A stretch of DNA of 63,143 bases, counting the filler, from Thraustochytrium aureum (lineage: Eukaryota): assembly GCA_012862495.1 (NCBI GenBank). It is 3 parts of one record of this genome, joined end to end, with 100 filler letters (N's around TTAATTAATTAA, not from the genome) between each part and the next. Parts side by side here need not be neighbours in the genome. Positions count along the whole stretch, not along the records: positions 1 to 26,753 come from BLSG01000146.1; 2 more parts are not named here. The stretch is one strand, 5' to 3'. Shown here piece by piece: positions 1 through 12,231 of the stretch. The notes below the pieces were generated by a model, which had not been told where the DNA came from, made no database searches, and saw only the letters and a list, made by a program, of their open reading frames with translations. The position numbers were made by a program, and so were the translations under genes. Within the stretch, counting starts at the first letter, position 1; the number at the start of each line of letters is the position of its first letter.

Positions 1-428
1 ATGTGGATCGGCAGCGACCGACCGGCCGGCCGACCGACCGGTAGCGGTCTGTCTGCCTCTCTGCCCTTAGCTTGCCGCAACCATGCGGCTCGCACCGCGC
101 GTCGCTCCGCATCGCGTCTTCGCGTCTCTTGACACGGGCAACGCACAAATCCCGGGATTGGAGCATTCAGGGGAGCGCGCGCACACCGTCTTTGGCTGGC
201 CGTGGCGCAGGCAAGCAGGCAGACACCCAAGTGGAACAGCGCACGGGCGCGTCGGTCTCGCGGCACAGGGGACTGCAGACGTAGAGAAAGCCGCGAGAAG
301 CCGCAGCACCGCCGGCCGCAGGAGCTCTTGCTGGCCGCTGGAGCTCGCTCTGGCTGCAAGGAAGGCCGACGAAGTCGGTCGAAGGTTTCGGGACTTTCTC
401 GGATTGCGCGCAGTCCAGCCCACAAGCG

Positions 429-3400
429 ATGAGCGACTCGGACTCGAGCTCGAGCGCAGACCTGGGAGAGTTTATTGGGCTCCCGGGGAGCCTCAATGCG
501 GACGCGCTGGCTGGGTTTGAGGTGGAGGGGGAGGACAGTGAGGAGGAGGAGGAACTGGTCTCCAAGGCCAAAGCCGCCGTGCCACTCTTCTCGATCGCTC
601 TGATGGAGGCCCTTGTGGCGCAAGGCGATGCAAAGCGGCTCGCTGAAATTCTTGCCAGCGCGCGGGCCACCGTTGCGGGGGACCCAGAGCTCAGCGAGGA
701 GGACGGCGCCGTGCAGCTGCAGCTCGAGGTCCTCAAGATGGCCCACAACATTGCCACCGGCTCGTTCCTGGAAGCCCTTTCCTCGCCTGCCGTCGCGGGC
801 GTGCTGGCACCCGAGACCCCTGGCGCGCACACCGTCAGCCGCGTGAAGAACCGGGTCGCGCGGTTCCTGCACGAGCGGGTCGTGGACCACATCGACCGCG
901 GGCTCGGGTTGTGCGCTGGGCGAGCAGACTTTCGCGACCCGACTATGGCGAGCCCCGAGGTGCACGTCAACCAGCGCGTACTGCGAGCAGCGTCGTGCAT
1001 GCTTCTTGGCGCGGCCTTACTCGGTCTCTTTGCGCAGGCAAACTGGACCGGCCCTCCCGTCGAAGGCCAGGTATTCGAATCGCTTTACCCGCTTCCCTTC
1101 GCGAGGGGCGTATTCGACGCGGAGACGACGAGCAAGACCAAGTTCCTCGAGGAGGCGCTGTCGGACCTGTCGGCAGATGCGCGCGCGCGGACGGCGGTTG
1201 GCGGCAAGGCCGTGGAGGAAACAGAGATAGACCAGTTTCCTGCGCTCCACGCGCGCTGCGCACTGATGCTCGGCGCGAACGGCGAGGTCNNNNNNNNNNN
1301 NNNNNNNNNNNNNNNNNNNNNNNNNNNNNNNNNNNNNNNNNNNNNNNNNNNNNNNNNNNNNNNNNNNNNNNNNNNNNNNNNNNNNNNNNNNNNNNNNNNN
1401 NNNNNNNNNNNNNNNNNNNNNNNNNNNNNNNNNNNNNNNNNNNNNNNNNNNNNNNNNNNNNNNNNNNNNNNNNNNNNNNNNNNNNNNNNNNNNNNNNNNN
1501 NNNNNNNNNNNNNNNNNNNNNNNNNNNNNNNNNNNNNNNNNNNNNNNNNNNNNNNNNNNNNNNNNNNNNNNNNNNNNNNNNNNNNNNNNNNNNNNNNNNN
1601 NNNNNNNNNNNNNNNNNNNNNNNNNNNNNNNNNNNNNNNNNNNNNNNNNNNNNNNNNNNNNNNNNNNNNNNNNNNNNNNNNNNNNNNNNNNNNNNNCCAG
1701 GAGCTTGTCAAAGGGAGCGTTCGCCAATCCCTTACACAACTGACGACCTCGAGCTGGTGGGTCGCGCGGAGCGCCGTGATGCACCAGGAGACGCTGATGG
1801 CTCAGGACTTTGCGGCGCCGTCGCTCACCCAGGAGACTGAGCGCGGCTTTGCACGGAGTGTGGCGGGCCTCGAGCGGAGCGGGGCGGGGCCCGAAGTGAT
1901 GGCGCGCCTCTGGTGCGAGCGCGGCGTTGCGATGCACAAGCTAAACAAGCCCACCCTGGCCAAGGAGTACTTTGAGAAGTCCAGAGCGCTCGCCGGGCTT
2001 TCAGTCAAGCTCTCCGGCGCGCTTGGGAAGCGCACCAAATTCCAGAGGGAGGAAAAGTCACAGCTCGTTCTCTTGGCGAGCTCGGACTCTACCAAGCTTC
2101 CGGAGAGCGACGTCGCCGCAGCGGGGCCTGACGACGCCAAGCCGCCGGCCGCCCCTGAGCCGCCCACGAGCGCCGAGGCGGGTGCGACCGAGTCTTTGGC
2201 CGAGGAGCCCGCTGTGGACGCCGAGGCGGGCGAGCCCACGAGCGAATATGGAATCACGTATGGTGTGGACAAGGTGGTCGGGGTGCCCAAGGTCAAGTTG
2301 GAGGAGATCGACAAAGACACGCCGCTGCACGAGCAGGTCCAGTTCCGCCCTGCCGAGACGCGGGCCGAGGAGGTGGCCCGCAAGGGCACGCTGAGCCTGC
2401 TGGACCAATCGATCGTGCTCGGGCTCTGCATGGACGTCAAGAACAGCTACGCGATGGAGTCGCTCACTGCGGAGGAGATGCTCGCGTACGTGGAGCGAAT
2501 CATCGTGAGCGCCGGGAACTGGCAGGTCTACAGCTGCGCTCTGCTTGTGAAGTCGCAGCTCGAGTTTGAGCGATACAAGACGAAAGAGCGCGCCGTGCTG
2601 CAGATGCAGGTCCTCGTGGACCAGCAGTCGAACCGGCTCACGCCGCTGCTGACCCGGCAAGCGGCGATTGACGATGCGGCGCCCGTTGACGAACGCATGC
2701 TTTGGCTGCACGCAATCGCGTGGCCGCCGCTCTGGGGCCTCAAGCGCGAGCTGGCCAACCGGTACCTCGAACTGGGCGCTGCTGGGTCAGCGCTCAAGAT
2801 CTTTGAGGAGATCCGCATGTGGGAGGAAGCCGCTGACTGCCTCGTCGTGATGGACAACGAGCTCGCGCCGAGAAGCTGATTCGCGAGCGCCTCGACGTGG
2901 AGCCGACCGCCAACCTGATGTGCGTATTGGGCAACCTGCTTCAGGACCCCGAGTGGTTCCGCAAGGCTTGGGAGTTTTCCGGCAAGCACTACGCGCGCGC
3001 CAAGCGGCTGTGGGCCGTGCATGCGTTTGGGCAGGGCGATCTCCGGGGCTGCGTCGAGCACCTCGAGGACGCGCTCAAGATCAACCCGCTGTACCCTGGG
3101 AGCTGGTTTCGCCTCGGGGCCGCCGCAATGCGCCTCGAGGATTGGCAGATGGCGCGCACTGCCTTTGCGACGGTGATCAAGCAGGAGCCCGAAGACGGCG
3201 ACGCGTACGCCAACCTCTCGACGGTGCTGGTCAAGCTGGGCGAGTTTGGCGCGGCACTGAATGCGGCGCGCGGCGCAGTGCGCTACTCGCGCAACAACCC
3301 CAAGGTGTGGGACAACTTTGTTACGCTGAGCCTGCAGCTGCAGCAGTGGGGCGCCGTGCTGGAGGGGCTCACCAACCTCGTCGACTTGCGGCGCACGGTC

Positions 3401-3925
3401 GACATCGAGGCGCTTCTGTTGGTCGTCGACGCGATTATCACGCTGGACAAGAAGGCGAGCGGGGATGCGCCTGCGAAGGCCTTGAGTCACGCAACGGAAG
3501 GCGAGCAGGATGCATCCGCGGAACTAGTCAGGTCGCTTCGCGACCAGCTTGAAGCGCTTCTGACCAAGATCAAGGCCGAGTGCAGCAGCGAGCCGAGCGT
3601 CTGGAAGGCGATGTCGGTCTACTATGACGCGTTTGGGGACCATCGCGAGAAGCGCGAGTGCCTGCTGCGGCGCGCGCGCGCCCTGCTCAAGGAGGACAAG
3701 TGGGAGCGTGACGAGGGCAAAACGGACATTGTCGTTCGCGTTGTGAGCGACCTCCATACGATCTTTGCGCGGGACGCCAAGTGTGACGCAGCGGTTTCGG
3801 AGGAGGAGCGCCGCCAGATTGGGGTGGACGCCGCTTCGCTTGCTCGGACGGCGATCAGCCGAATCGAGGCGGGGACGTTGGACGCCGCCAAGGCGGAGCC
3901 GCTCAGGCGGCTTCTTCAGGCTTAG
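429..3925 (+). CDS. TTC27: Tetratricopeptide repeat protein 27 / EMW1-like (spans an N gap; 1-nt frameshift at ~2856)
   Basis: Motifs FAQANWTGP, SGALGKRTKFQ, NWQVYSCALL...ERAVLQMQVL, PPLWGLKRELA and C-terminal TPRs (ALKINPLYPGSWFRLG, DGDAYANL, KVWDNF). ORFs 429-2879 and 2897-3925 join if one base is added at gacaa|cga, giving ..RARAEKLIRERLDVEP. Confidence 0.85.
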
Positions 3926-4293
3926 ATATGACTTGCCCGCCGCGTCTCGCAGCGCGGGCACGCGCGACGTGGGTGGAGCGCCTTTGCACCTGCGGGGCAG
4001 TGAATGGTGGCTNNNNNNNNNNNNNNNNNNNNNNNNNNNNNNNNNNNNNNNNNNNNNNNNNNNNNNNNNNNNNNNNNNNNNNNNNNNNNNNNNNNNNNNN
4101 NNNNNNNNNNNNNNNNNNNNNNNNNNNNNNNNNNNNNNNNNNNNNNNNNNNNNNNNNNNNNNNNNNNNNNNNNNNNNNNNNNNNNNNNNNNNNNNNNNNN
4201 NNNNNNNNNNNNNNNNNNNNNNNNNNNNNNNNNNNNNNNNNNNNNNNNNNNNNNNNNNNNNNNNNNNCGTGAGGGAGGGGAGGAACCGAGAGC

Positions 4294-4408
4294 GAGCCCA
4301 GCCGAGCCCAGCCGAGTCCAGCCCAGCCGAGCCCAGCCGAGCCCAGCCGAGCCCAGCCCAGCCCAACCCAGCCGAGCCCAGCCGAGCCCAGCCCAGCCCA
4401 GCCCAGCC
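4294..4408. repeat. Pentamer-based microsatellite (CAGCC/GAGCC)n
   Basis: Run of gagcccagcc / cagcc units read directly. Confidence 0.9.
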
Positions 4409-4614
4409 TTCGGCTTTGTTGATTACAAAACTAGTAGCTGGTTGGCAGCTATGGGAGCAGGCGCGCGCGCGGGATGGAGCGAGTAGTGTCAAGATCAGTT
4501 GCTTATGAAAAACGAAACGCGCGCGCATATGCAAGCCCCACCACTGGCCACTTGAAGCGCAACAGTCAGCAGGACAGCAACCCCGGCAAAAGGAGGTGCC
4601 CAGAGCCTCCGCGC

Positions 4615-5883
4615 TCAGCCACGAAGCTTGATTAATTTCTCCAGCTGCTTGACGCGCTTGTCGTTGGCGTCAAGTTCCTCCTTGAGCGCCGTGACCTCGG
4701 CCCGGTGCGCCGCATCTGTTTGGGCGAGCTTGGCTTGCCAGGTTTTTGTGAGGGCCTGCTCGAGGCCCTGCAAAGCAGCGACCTTGGCTTTCTTCTCCTG
4801 CTTGACGACGTCCATGGATCGTCGCTTGAACTCCATCTCCACCTCGTCGCGGACTTGCTTGCGCAGCGTTGCCTTTTCGGACTCGAACTCGGCGCGGAGG
4901 TCGTCGAGCTCCTTGTCCTTCTTTTCTTTCATCCACTTGGCGCCGAGATTGGCAGCCTCGTCGATGCGGCCGCGAAGCACCTCCTCGTTCTGCTCGAGCT
5001 CGGCCACCTTGGACAAGAGTTCCTCGACCTGCTCCTGGGCCGCGGCCGCGGCCGTGTCGGCCGAGGCGGCACCCGCGCCGATGGTGACAACTTTGCTGCC
5101 AGTCTCACGGAGCGCAATGAGGAGCTCCGCATTGTCAGCGCGCAGGTCCTCGACTTGCTCTTTCAGGTTGGAGACGAGGTCCTCGAGCTGGCGCGGGTTG
5201 ATCTTTTGAAATGTCTCTTGCAGCTCTTGCAAGTTTTTGAGCTTTTGCGAGCTCGTTGACATCGCGCACGTTTCTTTGAGCAGGTCCAGGCTAGTGCGCA
5301 GGGTCTCGCAGTTGCTGTCGATTGCTTCCTTGGCTGCCTGAGCCTCCTTCTCCACGGCGCCCTGCAGCTTGTCGATGTCGACTCCGAAGAGGTTTTGCGA
5401 CAGCTCCCCGATCACATTGCCAAGTCGTTTCGTGTGTTCAGGCCGCGCCGCGTCCTGGATGTTGCGCGCCTCTTCCTCTAGCTCGCGGTCTACCCGCAGG
5501 GCGTCTGCGAGGACGGGGAAGCTTGCTTCGCTCAGGCCGAGCTCGTTGGCGGTGGTGAGGCAGTCGTGCAAGAGTACGCGGTTGCGCTGCGAGATGGCGT
5601 TGTTGAAGTCGGTGAGGAGCTTGATCTCCTTGGCCTTCTTGACCATCTTGGGCTCTGCTTGGCGAAGCAGCTTGCTGTCGTAGCCAGCTTGCCATGCCAG
5701 CACGATGGCGCGCGCGAGCGAGCGTAGCTGGCCAGAGTTGAGCGCGCTTGTCAAGAGCATTTTGATTTGCACGAACACCTCGTCGCTCTCGTCATCCTCG
5801 GCGAGCGCTGCGTCGGGGCCCCGGTCCGTGTGGTGCAGCTTTGGATCTAGCCCCCCCGCGAGGACCTCCTGCGCGAGCTGCTC
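4615..5883 (-). CDS. Coiled-coil protein, 5'-truncated by gap
   Basis: Long E/K/L/A-rich helical ORF running into the N gap at 5884; no family recognised. Confidence 0.65.
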   Translation of the reverse strand, partial: EQLAQEVLAGGLDPKLHHTDRGPDAALAEDDESDEVFVQIKMLLTSALNSGQLRSLARAIVLAWQAGYDSKLLRQAEPKMVKKAKEIKLLTDFNNAISQRNRVLLHDCLTTANELGLSEASFPVLADALRVDRELEEEARNIQDAARPEHTKRLGNVIGELSQNLFGVDIDKLQGAVEKEAQAAKEAIDSNCETLRTSLDLLKETCAMSTSSQKLKNLQELQETFQKINPRQLEDLVSNLKEQVEDLRADNAELLIALRETGSKVVTIGAGAASADTAAAAAQEQVEELLSKVAELEQNEEVLRGRIDEAANLGAKWMKEKKDKELDDLRAEFESEKATLRKQVRDEVEMEFKRRSMDVVKQEKKAKVAALQGLEQALTKTWQAKLAQTDAAHRAEVTALKEELDANDKRVKQLEKLIKLRG

Positions 5884-7224
5884 NNNNNNNNNNNNNNNNN
5901 NNNNNNNNNNNNNNNNNNNNNNNNNNNNNNNNNNNNNNNNNNNNNNNNNNNNNNNNNNNNNNNNNNNNNNNNNNNNNNNNNNNNNNNNNNNNNNNNNNNN
6001 NNNNNNNNNNNNNNNNNNNNNNNNNNNNNNNNNNNNNNNNNNNNNNNNNNNNNNNNNNNNNNNNNNNNNNNNNNNNNNNNNNNNNNNNNNNNNNNNNNNN
6101 NNNNNNNNNCCCTTGCCCTTCGCGCGGGCCGCTCTCTCGCGCGCCTAAACACACGCGCCCGCACGCCCGCACGCCCGCACGCCCGCACGCCGCCTCGCAC
6201 GCACGAGTGCCCTGCTGCGCGTCTGCTGCGCTGCGCGTCTGCGCGCTCTGCTTCCGTTTCTGTCTGTTCTGCTGCGAGTCCTGCGATCGCTCCTTGCTTC
6301 CTTCCTTCCTTTGCTTTCCTCCTTTGCTTTCTTTCTTTCTTTCTTTCTTTTTGTTGCCTTGGCTGATCGGTGCTTCCGCTTGTTCTGCGGCGCCTGCTGC
6401 TTGCCTAATGCATCGCTTCTTGGGGTCGCCAGTTCGATCCTGCGAGGATTCGTGAAAAACGAGAAGAGCATGCGTGCCTTTGCCGGCATGAAGTCAAGAT
6501 TGAGCGCCCTTTTTTTGTTGTTGGTGGTCACGGCTCTTGTCCATCATGGTGCATGACGCATAGAGTCGCATGGAGGCGCAGCAGTTCAAGTTCAAGTTGC
6601 TGCAGGCGCGTGGGCGGGCTCGAGCTTGAGCTTGGTTTCTTCCTCTTTTGTTTGTGCAGAGCGAGGACTCGACGATGGGCGGTGCCGGTGCCGCGGGCCG
6701 ACACGAGAATGTGCGACAGGAAGACGGGCGCTGAATCATTATCACCATCAATTGATTGAGCGGGTCTTCAAGTACGGAGACTCGTTTCCAAGCTGGCAAG
6801 GCAGGTGTTCAGCCCAGACCCTGCCTGTGGCCGACGTGCCTTTGAGGACTGCGCCGAGTTCCTCGCACTGAACACACTCACGATGGGCGCGCCTCCGGAC
6901 GAAAGAAACAAACGAGTGCTGACAACAGGGAACGCGCCTTGGCTCGCCGAGCCATGGCGACGCTGCAGTGCGCGCTTGAGAGCCGTGGTCAGCGATGTGA
7001 AAAAAGAGTTTTCGTTTGTTTTGCTTGGGTTTCGGGGCCACAGGCGAGCCAATCGCCGCAGCGCCCCCAGAGATGCCCGAGCCTCGTACGTAGAGGTAGA
7101 TAGATAGTCGAAAGTGGCTCGGCGGCTTTCGCTGCCTGCGAGCCAGCGCCCTCGAGCTGGTCATGCACCACTGGGACAGCGTGCACAAGACCGGCGCAGC
7201 GCCTGGCGCATCGGGTGGCGGCGG

Positions 7225-7514
7225 CTAGCTGAGGCGCTTCGCGTCGGAAGGGGTGGGCGGCGTCGCCGCGCTGCTGACTAGCTGGTGCAGCACCTCCTTG
7301 GTGTACTTGAGGCGCTTGGAGATGCCCGGGTAGGCGTTGGCCTCGCTGATTAGGATGGTCTGCGAGTTGCCGTCCCGGTCAAAGTACGTCAGCCGCTTGG
7401 CCTGGGCCGAGAGCAGGATCTGCGTTTCGTCGAAGAAGGCGACCTGCACCGTGCGGTTGGAGAGGCGGAAAAAAATCGCGTGGCGTGTCCGCACCCATTT
7501 CTTCACGTACGGGA

Positions 7515-7549
<35 letters not shown>

Positions 7550-9129
7550 GCTTGCAGGTCGAGGGCGGCGACCCGCTCGTCGATGCCTAGCGCCGGCGAC
7601 ATGGGCACCGACCCGTCACCGTCTTGGAGCCGCGCTGACGCGTGCTTTTCCAAGTATGAGCGAAAGTGCTTGAGGAGCGTGACCTTCTTCTTCAGGTCGT
7701 CCGGGTAGGTCGTGAGCGAGTGGGCGCAAAACTTGTGGGAGCCTCGCTCGTAGTACTGGAAGTCGACGCGGTTGGGGGCCACGACGAGCTTGGTAGAGTC
7801 GTTAAAGTAGACCCCGACGATGCCGCCGCGCAAGATGTAGCCAAGGCCGTACTTGGACGTGTAGTCCACCCACTTGTCAACAAAGATCGCGGGCTCCCTC
7901 GTCACCAGCAGGTGGGCCGGCCGCGCAACGCTCGCCTTGGCGCGCTCACCGGGCGGCGAGAGCGGCGCGCGTCCCTTGCGGTTCGCTGAGACCCCCAAGT
8001 TCTCCTTGTCCGCCGCCGCGGCGTGCGGCTCGGATAATCGCCGCGAGCCCTCGTCGGGCGGCGCGGGAGATCTACGGTCGCCCAGAGGCCGCGGTCGCGC
8101 CCTGGCGGCCTTGTGCAAGTCCGCTGAAGCGCCTTCGCCGGAAGCACGCGTGGGCCCATCCTGTAACGCGGTGGCAGGGGAAAGAGCACGCGGGACCTGG
8201 CCGAGGATGTTGTCGAAGAAGGCGTGGGCGCGGATCGCCTTTAGATCTGGGCGCAACGCAGGGTCCCGGTTGAGGATTGAGCGAATCAGAGACTTGGCTG
8301 CCGCGGAGAGAGCGATGTCGGCAGGGAACGAATACAAGTTGGCTTGGATGCGCTTGTAGGTTTGCTTGACGTTCTTCGTCTCGAACGGGGGTCGGCCGAC
8401 GAGCATGGTGTAGAGGATGACGCCGATGCTCCAAATGTCGACCTCGAAGCTGTGGCCAAGCTTGCCATCCAGAATCTCTGGAGCAATGTAGTTTGGTGTC
8501 CCGCACATGGTTTTTTTGCGTTCGTCGGCGTGCTCGAGGCGCGTGGCGAGCCCAAAATCGCCAATGCGCACCTCGCGCCCGTTCGTTAAGAAAATGTTGC
8601 CCAGCTTGAGGTCGCGATGGATCACGTTTTTCTTCTGCAGGTACTCGACGCCGTCCAACAGCTGCAGCAGGATCCCCTTGGCCAGCACCTCGCTGAGGCG
8701 CCGTTTGCGCTTGACCAGTTCCATCAGCGTCTGGCTGTTGCAGTATTCGAGGAGGATGTAGACAAACTTGCTGTCCTCGAAAAAGTGCTCAAAGCGCACC
8801 ACGTTTGTGTGGGCAAGCGAGCGGTGGATTTTGATCTCGCTCAGCAGCTTGCGCCGTGCGCGGTCCTTCTTCAGAGTGGCTTTCTCCACGCATTTCCCGG
8901 CGTAGACCTGGCCGGTGCCGACGTGCGCAAACTTGTAGCAGCGCGCAAACCCGCCTTTGCCGAGGAGCCTGCCTTTCAAGTAGGTCTGGTCCCCGCGCTT
9001 GTCAACCACGCGCTCAGGCTCAAGTTGCGGCCCGTTCTCTGCGTCCTCCGTTGTTCCTTCGACGGCGGCCGTCTCGCTGTTCCCAGCAGCGTCGCTGCGC
9101 GGACGGGGCGACCCGCACTTGCTTGACAT
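7225..9129 (-). CDS. PLK1: Polo-like Ser/Thr kinase
   Basis: LGKGGFARC, HRDLKLGN, IGDFGLA, CGTPNYIAPE, plus polo boxes KWVDYTSKYGLGY and VKKWVRTRHAIFFRLSNRTVQV; poly-Q between the polo boxes. Confidence 0.95.
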
Positions 9130-10159
9130 TCTTCTGACTACCTACGAGCGCCCTCCGCCGCGCCTCGCGCCGCGGGGCTGCCCAGGCTCCTTCCGTGCCA
9201 GGTCTAAAGCTCCGTGCTACCCGCGTACCTCCGCGTCCCTGTATAGCGTGGCAGGCTCGGCGGTGGCGCCCTGGCGGCGGCTGGGGCCGACCGACTCGGC
9301 CGTCGCCGCTTGCCCGAGGCGCCGGTCCTGCACGCTAGCGCGGGCTCGCCCCAACCAAGAAGCGCAGCAAGCAAGCNNNNNNNNNNNNNNNNNNNNNNNN
9401 NNNNNNNNNNNNNNNNNNNNNNNNNNNNNNNNNNNNNNNNNNNNNNNNNNNNNNNNNNNNNNNNNNNNNNNNNNNNNNNNNNNNNNNNNNNNNNNNNNNN
9501 NNNNNNCTGATGAGCAAGAGTCAATTCAAACAGCGAACGGTTTTCTACGATGGGGATAGAGGGGAATGATCTCGGCAAGTCTGGCAATTCATGAATCCAA
9601 CTGTGCGTTGACGATTTGGCCGCCGCACGGCGAGACTCCCCGCGCACGTCGGAGCTGGCAGCTCCAGCCCGCCGAAAGCAGAGTGGAAGACCGCGGAGCG
9701 GGGGTGAGCTGCTTGAGCTGCGTACTTGGGCAGGAACGTCGTTCTTTCGGTCGGTGGGTGCACAGAAGCAGGTTGAGCAAGCGCTACCCTTCTTTTGATT
9801 GGCGCCCTCGCACTTTCCCGGCGGGTGGTCAGTCGGTCTGCTGCCGGTCGGAAGCGAGTCGAGGAGTCAGACGAGACAGGCCAGGCCAGGCCGAGCATGC
9901 AATCTTTCCAAAGAAGAAAGTTGACGCGCGCGCTCTCGCGCCTGCGAGCATCCACCACCACCAGCAAAATAAAAAACATAGTTCGCAAGCTCGTTTGGTT
10001 TCAATCATCAATTGAAGCGTTGGCGGCCACGGTTGATCCCGTGGCGCACGCGCAGCGCCGCCCCGCGCGCACGTCCCGCATGCCGCCGCCCCGCGGCAAT
10101 GCGCACCTTGGTTCGTAAGAATCGAGCGCGAGATAGTGATTCCGAGTCGGACCTCGGTT

Positions 10160-10955
10160 CTACTCAGTAAAACGACTGAGGAGCGTAAGCGCCCTGCGGC
10201 TGGAAGGGCTGGCCCGGAAAGCCGCACCGTGCGCGTTTGGAATGCCGTACCCCGTCTGTGGCGCCTGGTAGCCCTGCATGTGGTGCGACGAGAAGAGCGG
10301 CGAGTGGTGGTAAGGGTGCGCTGGGGCTTGCAGGCCGTGCTGAGGGAACTGGTGCAGGGCCTGTTGTTGGTGAGCCATAGTTGCGTGGAGGAAGCACAGA
10401 GTGCCCTGCACGATCGGCGTGCCGCACTGGTAGCACCGCAGCTGGGAACGCTCCGCAATACCAAAATGAGTGGCGCAAAGGCCATTGTACAGGACTGCAT
10501 TCGGGCAATACAGGCAGCGCGAGCCCGGGGCGCCCTGCGGAAACAGCGGAGCGTCCAAGTGGGCCGGCATGCCCGCTGGAAGCGCGCTGTGCAGGGACTG
10601 GCCAACCTGGGCGGAACCCTGCCCCGGGTGGATTGGGGCTCCAGCTGCGCTCGTGGCCTCCAGATTACGCTGCCGACGCGTGCAGATCGCTCCCTCGCGC
10701 GCGTGGGCCTTGCACCAGACGGGGCGCCCTGGCTTGAGCGCGAACGAGGGCTGCTTGTTGCAGCCCTTTGCTGCGCATGCCTTGCTCCCGGTAGTTCCGC
10801 CGACTGGGCGGTGGCGCTTGCACCAACGGAGCGGCGCGTCTGGGGCGTCGCGGCAGTGGGCCCGCCGGCCGCAGTGCTCTTTTTCGCAGCGCTTGTTTAC
10901 CACGTCAACGGCACCACTCGCCTTGTGCTTGGCACACCACCTTGGCGGCCCTCCT
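10160..10955 (-). CDS. EsV-1-7-type cysteine-rich repeat protein, 5'-truncated by gap
   Basis: Repeats PPRWCAKHKASGAVDVVNKRCEKEHC..., CAAKGCNKQPSFALKPGRPVWCKAH; further CxxC..CxxH units and a Q/H/P-rich tail. The frame stays open up to the gap at 10955. Confidence 0.7.
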
Positions 10956-12131
10956 NNNNNNNNNNNNNNNNNNNNNNNNNNNNNNNNNNNNNNNNNNNNN
11001 NNNNNNNNNNNNNNNNNNNNNNNNNNNNNNNNNNNNNNNNNNNNNNNNNNNNNNNNNNNNNNNNNNNNNNNNNNNNNNNNNNNNNNNNNNNNNNNNNNNN
11101 NNNNNNNNNNNNNNNNNNNNNNNNNNNNNNNNNNNNNNNNNNNNNNNNNNNNNNNNNNNNNNNNNNNNNNNNNNNNNNNNNNNNNNNNNNNNNNNNNNNN
11201 NNNNNNNNNNNNNNNNNNNNNNNNNNNNNNNNNNNNNNNNNNNNNNNNNNNNNNNNNNNNNNNNNNNNNNNNNNNNNNNNNNNNNNNNNNNNNNNNNNNN
11301 NNNNNNNNNNNNNNNNNNNNNNNNNNNNNNNNNNNNNNNNNNNNNNNNNNNNNNNNNNNNNNNNNNNNNNNNNNNNNNNNNNNNNNNNNNNNNNNNNNNN
11401 NNNNNNNNNNNNNNNNNNNNNNNNNNNNNNNNNGTCGGCCTCCCTGCGCAAGGGAAAAACATTAGCCCCGATTCACCCCCGATACCTCAGTAAACTCTCT
11501 CTGAGGCCAGAGCAGGATGCGCGTATCAGTGTGAGGAGGGCCGAGCGCACCGCCGAGCGGATTGAGGCGAGCCGGGAGGGCCGCCCATGTGAGGCGAAGC
11601 CCTCCCGGCTTGCTTTCCCCCTCGTAAAAGAACGTGGCGAGCGCGCGCTTGCACGTGAGGGAGGACATGGGCTCTTGAGCGGAAAAAAGGACGTGCGAGG
11701 CGCTGTGCTTGAGGACGTGGAAAGCACTCGGCAAGGGGAAACGGTCGCCGCCCCTTTCGAGCAAGTAGCTTCTCCGCAGAGCCGCAAGCGAAACAGGCTT
11801 TCTCGTGCCCTCCTCCCTACTGGCTCCTCAGGGCCGCACGGGAGAGCGCCTCGCCCTCTCGCGCTGCCTGAGACGATCCCCGCTCAGAGCCTCCCGGGCC
11901 AGCCGCTCTTGAAGCTCTTTCGGTCTTTGGTCACGGGAGAGACTGGGGGTCATTGGGGGCATCGGGCGCGTCTCTTCTGAAAGCCTCGGTTTATTAGAGA
12001 GTCTTGTTCGTGCCAGGGCTGTCGTGGAAGGAGGTGGGATTCAGCGGGAACGCGTGTCGGACGTGCTTGTGCCAAACAAAACTCAACGACAACTTCAAGG
12101 GCCAAACAAACCAAACGAAAAAAAAAAACGA

Positions 12132-12198
12132 CCTCCTTCAAGGTAGTCTCTGAGTGGAGACACGCCTCCTTCACGGTACTCTCCGAGTGAGAGACGCG
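12132..12198. repeat. Imperfect 33/34-bp tandem duplication
   Basis: cctccttcaaggtagtctctgagtggagacacg followed by cctccttcacggtactctccgagtgagagacgcg. Confidence 0.8.
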
Positions 12199-12214
12199 GG
12201 ACGAAAAGAAAAGG

Positions 12215-12220
12215 AAAAAA
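12215..12220 (-). terminator. Pol III oligo-T terminator of the permuted tRNA
   Basis: TTTTTT on the minus strand, 11 nt after tRNA position 37, followed by more T4 runs. Confidence 0.7.
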
Positions 12221-12231
12221 GTACGGTTTGG

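Noticed and set aside
6422..6446. T-arm/B-box-like GGGTCGCCAGTTCGATCCTGCG
   Set aside because: T stem is imperfect and no D-arm, anticodon arm or acceptor partner was found nearby
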